A DNA stretch of 64,000 nucleotides from Octopus vulgaris (Eukaryota): contig OX597840.1 of assembly GCA_951406725.2 (NCBI GenBank), forward strand, positions 496,001 to 560,000, read 5' to 3'. Every line of letters begins with the position of its first letter. The first letter of the stretch is position 1. The position numbers and the translations under genes are program-made. Shown in pieces: positions 43,260-56,575 of the stretch. Below the pieces are notes generated by a model that worked only from the letters and a program-made list of their open reading frames with translations, was not told where the DNA came from and searched no databases.

Positions 43260-43659
43260 ATGTTTCAACATACGATTTCACATCAAAAATCTTGCAAAAC
43301 AAATATATAAACGTAATAATAATAATACTTTGTCACATAGGCAGATGACATGAAATTTGTATCGAAGTGAAGAGTCAAATATCCTGTCTCTAGCACATGC
43401 CATGTACATTACCTAATTGATACCGAAAGGTGAGGTAAATGTGATCTTGGAGTAATTTAAAGTCAGAACTTAAACCGCTGTATGTATATAATGCAAGACA
43501 ACTTGCCTCAGGCTTGAATAATTTTAGGAAATTCTAAAACGAAAGACAACCTGGAATCATGTGTCATTCAGTTGCTAATAATTACTTTAGAACTCCACGT
43601 GGTGTGGCGAGCAGAGATAAGGCGCCACCACGTCTAGTAATCGAATCTACGATCAAATA

Positions 43660-44435
43660 TATTTCTTTACTACCCACAAGGGGTTAAGCATAGAGGAGAC
43701 AAACAGGGACAAAGGGAAGTCGATTACATCGACCCCAGTGCGAAACGGGTACTTCATATATCGACCCCCGAAAGGATGAAAGGCAAAGTCGACCTCGGCG
43801 GAATTTGAACTCAGAACGTAACGACAGACGAAATACCTATTTCTTTACTACCCTCAAGGGGCTAAACACAGAGAGGACAAACAAGGACAGACAAAGGAAT
43901 TAAGTCGATTATATCGACCCCAGTGCGTAACTGGTACTTATTTAATCGACTCCGAAAGGATGAAAGGCAAAGTCGACCTCGGCGGAATTTGAACTCAGAA
44001 CGTAACGACGGACGAAATACCTATTTCTTTACTACCTACAAGGGGCTAAACACCGAGGGGACAAACAAGGACAGACAAAGGGATTAAGTCAATTCTATCG
44101 ACCCAGTGCGTAACTGGTACTTAATTTATCGACCCCGAAAGGATGAAAGGCAAAGTCAACCTCGGCGGAATTTGAACTCAGGACGTAACGACGGACGAAA
44201 TACCTATTTCTTTACTACCCACCAGGGGCTAAACACCGAGGGGACAAACAAGGACAGACAAAGGGATTAAGTCGATTATATCGACCCCAGTGCGTAACTG
44301 GTACTTTATTTATCGACTCCAAAAGGATGAAAGGCAAAGATGGCCTCGGCGGAATTTGAACTCAGAACGTAACGGTAGACGAAATACCGCTAAGCATTTC
44401 GCCCGGCGTGCTAACGTTTCTGCCAGCTCTCCGCC
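43660..44435 (-). mobile_element. SINE family B array: one head plus four tandem bodies, within a single ~14-bp TSD
   Basis: Units 43660-43837, 43838-44021, 44022-44204, 44205-44388; head 44389-44435; TCTACGATCA(A/T)ATA at 43646-43659 and 44437-44450. Confidence 0.92.
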
Positions 44436-44570
44436 CTCTACGATCATATAGTCTTGACTATAACTTACGCATGCACTTACTCAGAAAGAGATGCACGTTA
44501 ATATAAACACTCGTACATGCATAAATACGTCCATAGAAACCTTCCAGGTGTATTATATTTAGTAGCTCTA

Positions 44571-44790
44571 TACTCTCTTTTACTTGTTTTCAGTCAGTTG
44601 ACTGCGGCCATGCTGGAGCACCACCTTTAGTCGAGCAAACTCGACCCCGGGACTTATTCTTTGTAAGCCCAGTACTTATTCTATCGGTCTCTTTTGCCGA
44701 ACCGCTAAGTGACGGGGACATAAACACACCAGCATCGGTTGTCAAGCAATGCTAGGGGGACAAACACACACACACACACATGCATATAAA
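44571..44790 (-). mobile_element. SINE family A, 3' half
   Basis: Tail and 3' body present; truncated at the internal microsatellite. Confidence 0.88.
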
Positions 44791-45094
44791 TATATATATA
44801 TATAAACTTGTTCAAAGTTTATTGATGGCGTTTCACGAAGTTTTGTTAGAGACCAGTTTCTCCTTACAGAAATTGATGAAACAGGATGTATTCTATTGAG
44901 CAGTAAAAAAGAAATAAAATCTTGCACCAACAGACATATACAGACATATACCCATACATAGACACACACACACAAACACACATACACACACACACACTCA
45001 CACATATATATATATATATATATACGTACATATACGTATATATGGAACAAGTATAGTGTTATTGGATGCTCAGGAAAGGAAAGAAAGAAGGAGG

Positions 45095-45129
45095 ACTTAA
45101 CGTTTCGAGCGGAGCTCTTCATCAGAAAC
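45095..45129 (-). ncRNA. Minimal hammerhead motif (canonical CUGAUGA) in a family-E-related element (about 45040-45185)
   Basis: GTTT-CTGATGA-A-GAGC TCC GCTC-GAAACGT T-AAGT; weak stem I; flank ATGCTCAGGAA shared with family E. Confidence 0.65.
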
Positions 45130-45264
45130 ATAGAAAAAGGAAAGGTTCAAGGAATGGAAGACGGAGAGAGAAAATCGCCAACGATACATACACATACATA
45201 CATACATACATACATACATACATACATAATACATACATACATACATACATACATAAATACATAC

Positions 45265-45330
<66 letters not shown>

Positions 45331-45539
45331 GTGCGTGTGTGAGATTTTACCTTGTCACATACACGCGCGCCTGTATACAGTTCCGTTCTATTGAAATCCA
45401 CTCAGAAAGAATTCTTCAAGAAAACGTTTCACCTGGAAGACATTTGTCTGGGAGTCACTTCGTAGGATGATCCGAGGACCCTCGCCGGTGTGAACTCGAA
45501 GTACTTGATAAGAATACCCTCTCAACACGTATAATGGCG

Positions 45540-46238
45540 AGGATGACGATAACTTTGAACGATGGTGATAATGATGATAGTGGAGATGGTGATTTTGATA
45601 ATGTGGATTATGACACCGATGTAGCGGTTGTAGCGATGATGTTACTGGTGATGGTGATATCAATGAAGATGGTGATGATGATGATGGTGATGACATTAAA
45701 GAAGATGGTAATGATGATGATAATGATGATCATTATGATGATGATATTAATAAAGATGATGACGATGATGATAGTGATGATAATGACGACGACGATGATG
45801 ATGACGATAATGATGATGACGATTGTGATTGTGATGATAACGATGGTGATGGTGATGAAAATGATATTGATAATGTTGATGGTGGCTGATTGGTGATGAT
45901 GATATCGACGGTGGTGGTGGTGGTAATGGTGGTGGTGGTGATAAAGATGTTGGTGAAAGATGATGGTGATGGTGATGGTGTCGATAACTTAATGATAGAG
46001 GTGATGATGAGGTGGCTAATGATGATGATGTTGTTGGTGGTGATGATGATGTTGCTGATGATGTTGATGATGCTAATTAAATTGGAGATGACGAATATTA
46101 TACTGATGATGACCAAGCGGACAACGACGACAACGTTGGAGATGATTTTAATGATGAAAATGACGATGGTGTTGATGATGATGATGATGATTATGATGAT
46201 AATGATAATGGTGATGATGATGATGATGGTGATGCTGA

Positions 46239-46270
<32 letters not shown>

Positions 46271-46650
46271 TTGATGATGCTGATAAAGTTGGTGATGACG
46301 AATATTATATTGATGATGCCCAAGAGAACAACGACGACGATGTTGGAGATGATTTAAATGATGATGATGATGACGCCGATGATGATAATGATGATAATAA
46401 TGATGGTGATGATGATCATGATAATGATGATAATGATAATGGTGATGATGATGATGATGATGATGAAGATGACGATAATGATGACGATGACGATAATGGT
46501 GATGATGATGTGATGACGACGACACCAACGATGACGAAGACGACAATGGCGTCGATGAAGGTAGATGAAAAGATGACGGTTATGGCGGCGACAATGATAA
46601 TTAACACGTGTAATGATGCTGCTGATGCTGATGACAACGACGATGAAGAC
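45540..46650. repeat. About 1.1-kb degenerate (GAT/GAC/GGT) triplet tract with an internal ~87-bp duplication
   Basis: 46064-46150 is repeated at 46271-46357. Confidence 0.9.
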
Positions 46651-47126
46651 AACAGCAAAAAAAAGCCCCATTGAAAATGAAAATAAAAAATAAAAATGAA
46701 AACAAAAACAAACACAAAAAGTAATCCACACAAAGAACAAACTGAAAACGTACCAACCCGGCCCACCACCAAAAAGAACAAAGAAAACAACAACAAAAAA
46801 CGAGAACAACAACAACAACAGCATAGCCAATCTTATTTTCGATTATGTCGGGGAGACAGAAAATTAAGTTGCTCTTCAAGCGTACAGTGGTCGCCATTGA
46901 ACATCTTCATCGATATCTTTAGATTATCGGACTGATTGATTATAAATAAATTGTGTTTTTTTTGCTTAGGATTTTTTGTTTGTTATTTTTTTACCTGTTT
47001 CATTTATTTCACACATACGTGAATGCAAATAATACACACAGACATCTTGAAATGTATGAATGTGTGTATGTACGGTTGCGCGTGTATATAGGTATGTATG
47101 AATATATATATACATACATATATATA

Positions 47127-47169
<43 letters not shown>

Positions 47170-47334
47170 ATATATATATATATGTATGCATGTATGTATG
47201 TATGTATATACCTACGTATATACACAAATACACACAATTATATACACATATTTATTTATGCATACGTATGTGTACACATATAAAACATATGTATATGCAA
47301 ATATATGTATATTATTCCACACATTCGTTCTCAA

Positions 47335-47381
<47 letters not shown>

Positions 47382-47619
47382 GTATGCATACATATACACA
47401 CATATATGCACACATATATACATACATATATATGTATGTGTGTGTGTGTGTGTGTGTGTTTGTGTGTATCTGTGTCTGTGTGAAACAAGCTGTTTATTTT
47501 AGAATTCTTTCAGCTGAATACTTAAGTGGAGGTAACATTACTAGTTTTGTAAAATTCATTTCATATACACGCATATAGACATACATATATACGTATATTC
47601 AAACATGCATGTATATGCG

Positions 47620-47658
<39 letters not shown>

Positions 47659-47687
47659 ATATATATGTATATGCATATATATATATG

Positions 47688-47749
<62 letters not shown>

Positions 47750-48062
47750 TATATATATATATCTTCATTTTCATTGTACATTATGCATAACGAACCTTGC
47801 CTTCCTCTGCGGTTGTTCTGTTATACTTTATACTAGAACTACAGTGAACATATTTAGTTGTGTTGCCCAGTGACACACCCACCTCCACTCCCCCTCCCCC
47901 TCCTCCCCCTCCTCCCCCTCCTCTTCCCCTTCCCCTCGTCTTTTGATGAACATCATTCAGTATGACAACCAACATGACCGCCTTTATAACTATCATCAAC
48001 ACCACCACCACAACCACCACAACCATCACAACCATCATCATCATCATCATCGTCATCATCAC

Positions 48063-48144
<82 letters not shown>

Positions 48145-48299
48145 GCCCTCTTCATGATCGTCAGCATTGTATTAAGCGTCGTCATCTTGAACAAAGTACA
48201 GCAATCCATCATCGACAATCCATCATCGTCGTCATCATCACCATTAGATTCATCATCAAACTCGTCGTCACCGTCGTCATACCTGTGTGCAGATTTGTC

Positions 48300-48960
48300 C
48301 GTCGCTTATAAGAACTTGTCGAAGGGCGTCGGTTTCTCTTTCGTATCCAGAGCGCATCACCGGTGCAAATATTTCCCTGAAGAATTCCTCCTGATCAGAA
48401 TTCGTTTGACTAAAGCATTTGGTGTACGACTTGGAAGTCATTTTCCGTAAGCAAATCGAGGACCTTCTACGATTGTCTCTGGATCTTGACAACGGTGTTG
48501 AAAAGGTGACCTTTGAGTTGCGTTCTCATCTTAGGGAAGAGATAGAGGCCCGCGTATAGGGCTGGTGCCGAAACAAAACAATATTGTTTATAGCGGGAAC
48601 CGACGAGTGAAGAGAGCTTGGTGGAAGGTTGCAATGTCGTCGTAAAGAACTCAATTCTTCGCGCTCCACTGATCCGGTCGCATTTGCCGAATGTCCTCCA
48701 TCAAACTCTTCAAAATTTTGCAGTAAAACGCTCGATTTACGGTCTGGCCCTAGGCGATGAATTCTCGACACACAATATAGCGGACGTCGAAAAAACTGAC
48801 GAGCCTCCTCTTAAACTGAGTTGCGGCTCTGTCATACCTTCTTCTGTTCTGAAGGTGGAGGCCTCTTCCATGATGGCGACTGCTGCTTCATCACAGTGGG
48901 TCATATTCGGAGACCCAACACTTGTCGCCGGACATGATCCTCCACATGAAGGATGGCTTA
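48300..48960 (-). mobile_element. mariner (DD34D-type) transposase relic
   Basis: PSFMWRIMSGDKCWVSEYDP..SFFDVRYIV..HQPY..YLFPKMRTQLKGHLFNTVVKIQRQS*KVLDLLTENDFQ; many frameshifts. Confidence 0.85.
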
Positions 48961-49197
48961 CCTCTTCTTCTCCTTCTTCTTCGTCTCCTCGTCGTCGTCA
49001 TCGTCGTCGTCTCCTCCTCCTCCTCCTCCTCCTCCTTCTTCTTCTTCGTCTCCTCCTCCTCCTTCTTTTTCTTATTCGTCTACTTCTTCTACTTCTTCCA
49101 TTTCTTCTTCTTTTTCTTCTTCTTCTCCTCCTCCTTCTCCTTCTCCTTCTACTTCCCCTACTCTTTCTTCTCCTTCTCCTTCTTCTTGTTCTTCTTG

Positions 49198-49229
<32 letters not shown>

Positions 49230-49608
49230 CTTCTTCTTCTTCTTCTTCTTCTTCCAATCAGGACTCACGCCATTAGCCACAAAGAATAATCTCTAATTCG
49301 AGCCTACTCTAAGCTACTAAGAGTGCGTGTGGCAACTTGAAGATCCACCCACCACACGCGATAGACTGGCAGTTGCACGGGCGCGAAAGCTACGTTGTTA
49401 TCCTCATTCCGTAAACGGTGGCTTTTAACGGGTGGAAAGCTGAACCATCCTGGGGTACAGAGGATTCACAATTTAGACTAGGGTCTGAAAGTTAACCACA
49501 CCATAGTGGGTTACACCATGGTTCCTCTGCTTTGCGTCAGAAGTACGAAGAAAGAGTGAGAGAAAGTTGTGGTGAAAGAGTACAGCGGGGTCCACAATCT
49601 CCTCCCGG
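48960..49608 (-). mobile_element. 5'-truncated SINE (module C + tail W) with long GAA/GAG tail
   Basis: 49254-49608 is the reverse complement of 54619-54980; tail spans 48960-49253. Confidence 0.8.
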
Positions 49609-49824
49609 GGACGAACACAAACAGTGACACACATATGCGCGCACATACACGGAACCACATATATACATATACGAAGGACTTCCACATATATTTCTTCTAC
49701 CTGTTGCACTCACAGTGTATTGGTCGGATCATGGCTTTAGTGTAAGACCCCTCTTTAAGGTGAGAAGAGAGTGTGCATCTATTTGCGTGCGTTTGTAGAT
49801 TTCGTTTCTATAATTCTCTACCTG

Positions 49825-50132
49825 GCTCTCCGTCGGTTACGACGACGAGCGTTTCAGTTGATATGTTCAACAGAAATCTCTGCACATTAAATTAACACTG
49901 AAGTGGCTGAGCACTCCACAGACACGCGTAGCCTTAAGGTAGCTCTCGAGGAGATTCAGTGTGACACAGAATGGGACATGGTTGGACCGTTGAAATGTAG
50001 TTACTATTCATTTTAGCAAATCTAAATAAACTAGAGCAGCATGAAATAAGGTGCCTTGCTCAAAGAAATAACACGCCGGAAGGAATCGAACCCTCGACCT
50101 TACGATGCTGAGCTGATTACCCAAACCATTAC
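49825..50132 (-). mobile_element. Old SINE: CORE-like head with tail X
   Basis: GGTTCGATTCC B box, TTTGAGCAAGGCAC core, TGTCTGTGGAGTGCTCAGCCACTT..TCGTCGTAACCGACGGAG shared with 32740-32900. Confidence 0.75.
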
Positions 50133-50630
50133 ACTTCCAGAGTTCATCTTATCGAAGTCTCATGAAATTTCTTAGAAGAAAATTTTATGTTGTTCCTGCT
50201 TTAATCGATTTGCTTATTTTTTTCTTCTTAGCAGATCACAGCCAACTAGAACACGTAGCAGGGCTACTTGAGAGTCCTCGATGTGTTGGGCAGCATTAAT
50301 AAATGTCCTCGAGTATTACTCCTTCACACTCAACAAATTCCTCTTAGAAGCTCATCTTCTACGAGATTCACAATAAACACGCATTGGTTTAATTGTCAAG
50401 ACGTGTCGCCCTTTTAGAAGATTCCCAGTTCCATATTCTAAAGAATCTATCGAGATTCGTGACGTTCATGCCTGATATTTCCCAGTGCCAAAATTTGAGG
50501 CTGGCACTGCCAAAAAAAAAATAATAGTAATAATAATAAAAGAAAATTGTGTTGAGAAAATAAAAGCCAGCCAAGCACCGGATTCGATGTACTCGACTGT
50601 CCCCTCGCCTACAATTTTAAACCTTGTGCT

Positions 50631-50990
50631 TATTTATTTTATTTTATTTTATCTAGTTTCAGCTTACGAGCTGTGGCCATGCTGGGGCACTGCCATTTGG
50701 TGTTGCTACATGATTTTACTTCACGAATGCTTTTTAGCAATTGTCATTTGGTGCATGAGAGAGTTCGATGCAGCTGTCCTCATCTGCACCTCCTGCCGTG
50801 AAGTTGGTTCATCTGGACACCTGACAGGAAGAGATCTAGTTTCATTTTAAAGACATCTATATCCACCCCATGCAGGTCTCTCAGGTTCTTCGGGCGGGTA
50901 TTGAAGAGCTGTGGGCATCTGAAGCCCAGGCTATCATAATATCTTGTCCTACATCTTGATGGCAAATTTGGAGTCCTTGGCACTATGCAC
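50631..50990 (-). mobile_element. CR1-like LINE 3' end
   Basis: PRTPNLPSRCRTRYYDSLGFRCPQLFN..FKMKLDLFLSG; same family as 37422-37845. Confidence 0.85.
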
Positions 50991-51002
50991 TATATTAGAA
51001 AC

Positions 51003-51043
<41 letters not shown>

Positions 51044-51664
51044 TTATTATTGTTGCTGTTGTTGTTGTTGTTGTAGTAGTAGTTGTTGTTGTTGTTGTTA
51101 TTATTATTATTATCATTATTATTATTATTATATTATTATTATTATTATTATTATTGTTGTTGTTGTTGTTGTAGTAGTTGTTGTTGTTGTAGTAGTTGTT
51201 GTTGTTGTTATTATTATTATATTATTATTGTTGTTATTGGTGTTGTTTTGTAATGACTGCAATTTTTTGGGAAAAACAAATTTATCTGAATACGAAGTGG
51301 TTCCCAATAGAAGACAAAGCTTTCGATAACGTTATCAGACACGCTTTACAGTCACGTGACTTCATTCGTTTCCAGCAATCTGAAAAATGGTCAACGTTTG
51401 AAACGTTATACTCATTAACTTTTTCCATTTCCCTGCGCGTGAAACTAATAACATTGCTTGCAAATCTAACTAAACATTCCGTTGTATTTATACTTCATTA
51501 TTGTACTTCATCATATGCATACATAAATGCACTTCTTCACACGCACGCATGCGTGTCTCTGTGCAGGAGCGCGTGTGTAGGAACATGTAACCTGGAGAGT
51601 GCGTTTGTTGGTAAATGTATATAACCTGAAGCTGAAAAATAACTGAATATATTCTTACAAAATT

Positions 51665-51718
<54 letters not shown>

Positions 51719-51817
51719 CACACACACGCACACACATATATATATACAGAAATGCTGTGTGTGTATATATATATATATACGTGTGTATAAATTCATCTGT
51801 ACACATACATGTAAGAC

Positions 51818-51856
<39 letters not shown>

Positions 51857-52675
51857 CAAACCTTTATACGGTAAATATATATATATGCAAATATATGCAT
51901 ACATACACACACATATATACATTATAGATTCATGTACTTGCGCATATACTTACATATACAAACGTATATATATACACACGCATACACATATACACACATA
52001 AATATACATAAACACATATACGCATATATGAATACACACTGTCTCCATATACATACACGTGTGTCCGACTATTTAATAGTAACCTTAATTTAGAAAAGCA
52101 AACACACACACACAAATACTCACGTAGAAACACACATATATACACACATATATACACACACACACATATATATATATATATATCCATATAAACTATATGA
52201 AATAAAATGAGAATAACAATGAAATTAAAACAGACACAAAATTAATAAAACAATTACGCAAATGACAACAACAAGAACAAGAACAACAACAACACAAACA
52301 TACCCTATATATGCAGAGAAAAATAAAATTGTCCATTTTAAATAACTCAGCCATTTTATGTAAAATGATACCTTAAACCAAATGTCATTAATTGTTTTTC
52401 CCCTTACTTATTCGCCACATCATTAATTTAACTATTCTTCTACTTATTCTCATCTTCTTCGTTTTTGTTTTTCTTTCTTCGATTTTCTAATTCGTTTTGT
52501 CTTGGTTCTATCAATTTTTTCTTTCGTTTTCGTTCGTCTGCGTTGTGTGTGTGTGTTTGTGCAATTGTTTGTGTGTCCGTGTGTGAGCGTATTGTATTTT
52601 GTGTGTGCGTACGCCTTTTTTTCTATTTGGCAAGGAAATGTAAAAACAATAACAACAACGACAATAATAATAATG

Positions 52676-52748
<73 letters not shown>

Positions 52749-52774
52749 TAATAATAGTAATAATAATAATAATA

Positions 52775-52941
<167 letters not shown>

Positions 52942-52963
52942 GATGATGATGATGATGATGATA

Positions 52964-53059
<96 letters not shown>

Positions 53060-53239
53060 GTATTAACGGCAGCGTCAGCAAAAAATATCTGAGCTGGAAA
53101 ATGATGGAGAATAACATTGGTTGGTGTTGAAATAACAGCGGTGGAGTGATGGTGGTGGTGGTGGTGGTGATGGTGGTCGTGGTAGGAGGGAGTAGAGATG
53201 TGTGACGACTAAAGAATATTTAATATTTAAAGATATGAA

Positions 53240-53824
53240 GGCGGCGAGCTGGCAGAAACGTTAGCACGCCGGGCGAAATGCGTAGCCGTATTTCGTCTGC
53301 CGTTACGTTCTGAGTTCAAATTCCGCCGTGGTCGACTTTGCCTCTCATCCTTTCGGGGTCGATTAAATAAATACTAGTTACGCACTGGGGTCTATATAAT
53401 CGACTTAATCCCTTTGTCTGTCCTGGGTTGTCAACTCTGTGTTTAACCCCTTGTGGGTAATAAAGAAATAGGTATTTCGTCTGCCGTTACGTTCTGAGTT
53501 CAAATTCCGCCGAGGTCGACTTTGCCTCTCATCCTTTCGGAGTCGATAAATTAAGTACCAGTTACGCACTGGTATATATATATGTAATCGACTTAATCCG
53601 TTTGTCTGTCCTTGTTTGTCCACTCTGTGTTTGGCCCTTTGTGGGTAATAAAGAAATAGGTATTTCGTCTGTCTTTACGTTCTGAGTTCAAATTCCGTCG
53701 AGGTCGACTTTGCCTTTCATCCTTTCGGGATCGATAAATAACGTACCAGTTGCATACTGGGTTCGATCCAATCGACCGACGCCCTCACCAAAAATTTCGG
53801 GTTTTGTGCCTAGAGAAGAAAATT
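53240..53824 (+). mobile_element. SINE family B array: head + two young-tail bodies + one old-tail body
   Basis: Junctions GAAATA|GGTATTTC at 53470/53471 and 53658/53659; the third body ends in GTGCCTAGAGAAGAAAA. Confidence 0.9.
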
Positions 53825-53843
53825 ATATTTATAGATATGAAAG

Positions 53844-54452
53844 CTTGCTTAGCAGCATTTCGGCCGTCTTCACGTTCTGAATTCAAATGACGCCGAGGTC
53901 GGCTTTGTCTTTCTTCCTTTTCGGGGTCAATAAAATAAGTACGCGATGAGCAACGGATTGAATGTAATGGGGTTGACCCCTCCGCCAACATTCCTGACCT
54001 TGTGTCAAACTTTGAAAGTAATATTTATAGATGAGAAAACGGTGAGGTGGCAAAGTCTTTTGCACGCTGGATAAAATGCTTCGTCGCATTTCGTCCATCT
54101 CTACCATCTGGGTTCAAATTCCACCGATGTCGACTTCGTCTTTATTTCGTTACGGTATCTGGAAAAGAAGTATCAGCTTGGCGCTTAAGTCGATTTAATC
54201 CACTTAGTTCCTCATCAGAAATTTCTGGCCTTGTGCCAAAATTTGAAAGCTGTATTTCAGAGATATGAAGGCATCGAGCTGGCAGAATCTTAACACGCCG
54301 GACGAAATACCGTTAAGCATTTTGTCCGACTTTTTGGCCTTTCATCCTTTTCTGGGTTGATAAAAGAAGTGTATGTCTAGGACTGGGACTGATGCCATCG
54401 ACATACCGACGCCCACAAAATTAATGGTCTTGTGTAAAAGTATGAAGCCAAT
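53844..54452 (+). mobile_element. Three further diverged old-tail SINE B copies, head-to-tail, separated by an ~18-bp recurring spacer
   Basis: ATATTTA(A/T)AGATATGAA-like spacer at 53223, 53825, 54021 and 54252. Confidence 0.75.
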
Positions 54453-54458
54453 ATTCAT

Positions 54459-54610
54459 TTATTTTTTATTGCCCACAGGGGGCTAAACATAGAGGGGACA
54501 AACAAAGACAGACAAAGGGATTAAGTCGATTATATCGACCCCAGTGCGTAACTGGTACTTATTTAATCGACCCCAAAAGGATGAGAGGCAAAGTCGACCT
54601 CGGCGGAATT
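54459..54610 (-). mobile_element. SINE family B young-tail body, 5'-truncated
   Basis: GGGGCTAAACATAGAGGGGACAAAC..GTCGACCTCGGCGGAATT. Confidence 0.85.
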
Positions 54611-54618
54611 CCAACTTA

Positions 54619-55426
54619 GGATCCGGCGGGGAGGGGTGGTAAACCCCGCTGTACTCTTTCACCACAACTCTCTCTTACTCTTTCTTCCTTCTTTTGACAC
54701 AAAGCAGAGGAACCATGGTGTAACCCCTTATAGTGTGGTAAGCTTTCAGACCCTAATCTAGATTGCGAATCCTCTGTTTTCTAGGATGGTTCAGCTCTCC
54801 ACCCGTTAAAAGCCACTGTTTACGGAATGAGGATAACAACGTAGCTTTCATGCCCGTGCAACCGCCAGTCTATCGCGTGTGGTGGGTGGATCTTCAAGTT
54901 GCCACACGCATTCTTAGTAGCTTAGAGTAGGCTCGAATTAGAGATTATTCTTTGTGGCTAATGGCGTGAGTCCTGATTGGAAGAAGAAGAAGAAGAAGAA
55001 GAAGAAGAAGAAAAAGAAGAAGAAGAAGGAAGTGGAGGAGGAAGAAGGAGAGGATGAAGAAGTGGAAGAAGAAAATGAAGAGGAAGTAGAAGAAGAAGAA
55101 GAAGAAGAAGAAAAAGAAGAAGGAGGTGGAGGAGGAGGAGGAGAAAAAGAAGAGGAAGAAGAAGAAGAAGAGGAAGAAGTGGAGGAAGAAGAAGAGGAGG
55201 AAGAAGGAGGGGAGAATGAAGAAGTGGAAGAAGAAAATGAAGAGGAAGTAGAAGAAGAAGAAGAAGAAGAAGAAGAAGAAGAAGGAGGTGGAGGAGGAGG
55301 AGAAAAAGAAGAGGAAGAAGTAGAAGGGGAGGAGGAAGAAGAAGCAGATGAAGAGGTAAAAGAAGAAGAAGAAGAAGAAGAAGAAGAGGAGGAAGAAGAA
55401 GAAGAGGAGGAAGAAGAAGAAGAAGA
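54619..55426 (+). mobile_element. 5'-truncated SINE (module C + tail W) with ~445-bp GAA/GAG tail
   Basis: GCTGTACTCTTTCACCACAACT shared with family C; ends CCTGATTG(GAA)n. Confidence 0.8.
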
Positions 55427-55520
55427 CCACAACAAGTGATATGCATTTCTGTCGAAGTTAACATGCATTCTCTCGTCCTTCAAGAAATTGTAACTAAATT
55501 TCCCTCGAATCGTATACTAA

Positions 55521-55979
55521 TCTATATATATAACGCTGAAGCTGTCTGTGTGTGGCAGGTTTGGTAGCCTTCAACTAACACTATCTCCTCCGAGACCCTG
55601 CGACGCAAGTTGAACAAAATTGAGAGTATGATAGAAGAAGGCTTGCTCTTCCTTCCGTAGGCGAAAAAATTCAAATCGGACCTTGTTAACACCAAAAATT
55701 GTTTACATAAAAAGGTTATTTTCTTCCTGAGAAAATCCTTATTTTTTACGATTTTTGACTGCTGTGTCGCCATTTTTCGGTGTATTTCAACCAGAAAAAT
55801 GTTCACTTAAAGAGAATAACTTAAAGAGAATTTTTACTTTTTAAAAATTCCAATTCTAAAAGGTCAAAACAAACTCCAATTCTAAAGGGTCAAAACAAAT
55901 TCCAATTCTAAAGGGTCAAAACAAATTCCAATTCTAAAGGGTCAAAACAAACCCGAGCAACGCCGGGTGATCCTGCTTG
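55521..55979 (+). mobile_element. Non-autonomous Helitron-like element with a 4 x 26-bp minisatellite (55845-55948)
   Basis: A|TCTATATATATAA start, CCCGAGCAACGCCGGG hairpin, CTTG|T end (CTAG variant). Confidence 0.8.
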
Positions 55980-56304
55980 TACTGAATAATGTAATCTACA
56001 TCAATCCAAATTTGAACGAAAAAAAAAAGAAAATACGACGTAGAAACGTCTGGAATACCACCATTGATCATAAGTTTAGTCTGCCTAAGATATCCTAGGG
56101 CGAAACAACGACTACAGGAAAGACAACGATGACGACGATGACGATGTCAGGGATTCAATATGACAGTCTATGTGAGGACATCCAAGTAATACTTATTTTG
56201 AATTCTGTAATTCCGACTTCCGGTGTAGACAGCTAACACATCTCATTCAGTGCGTCGTTCGGTGTTCATCTTCCTCGTTTGAATTACAACTACTGCTTCG
56301 GGTG

Positions 56305-56364
<60 letters not shown>

Positions 56365-56484
56365 GAAAATTCACTGATTATACATACATATACATATATG
56401 TGTGTCTCTGTGTGTGAATATTTGCCTGTATATATATATATATACATACAGACATATGCATTTATACATATAATTCATACATAC

Positions 56485-56575
<91 letters not shown>

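Noticed and set aside
43660-44435. Array as a CRISPR locus or hammerhead retrozyme
   Set aside because: No unique spacers and no cas genes; no CUGANGA core found on either strand of the 184-bp unit.
54954-55439. K/E/G-rich 161-aa ORF resembling an acidic protein
   Set aside because: It is the GAA/GAG tail of a SINE; the same boundary recurs inverted at 49254.
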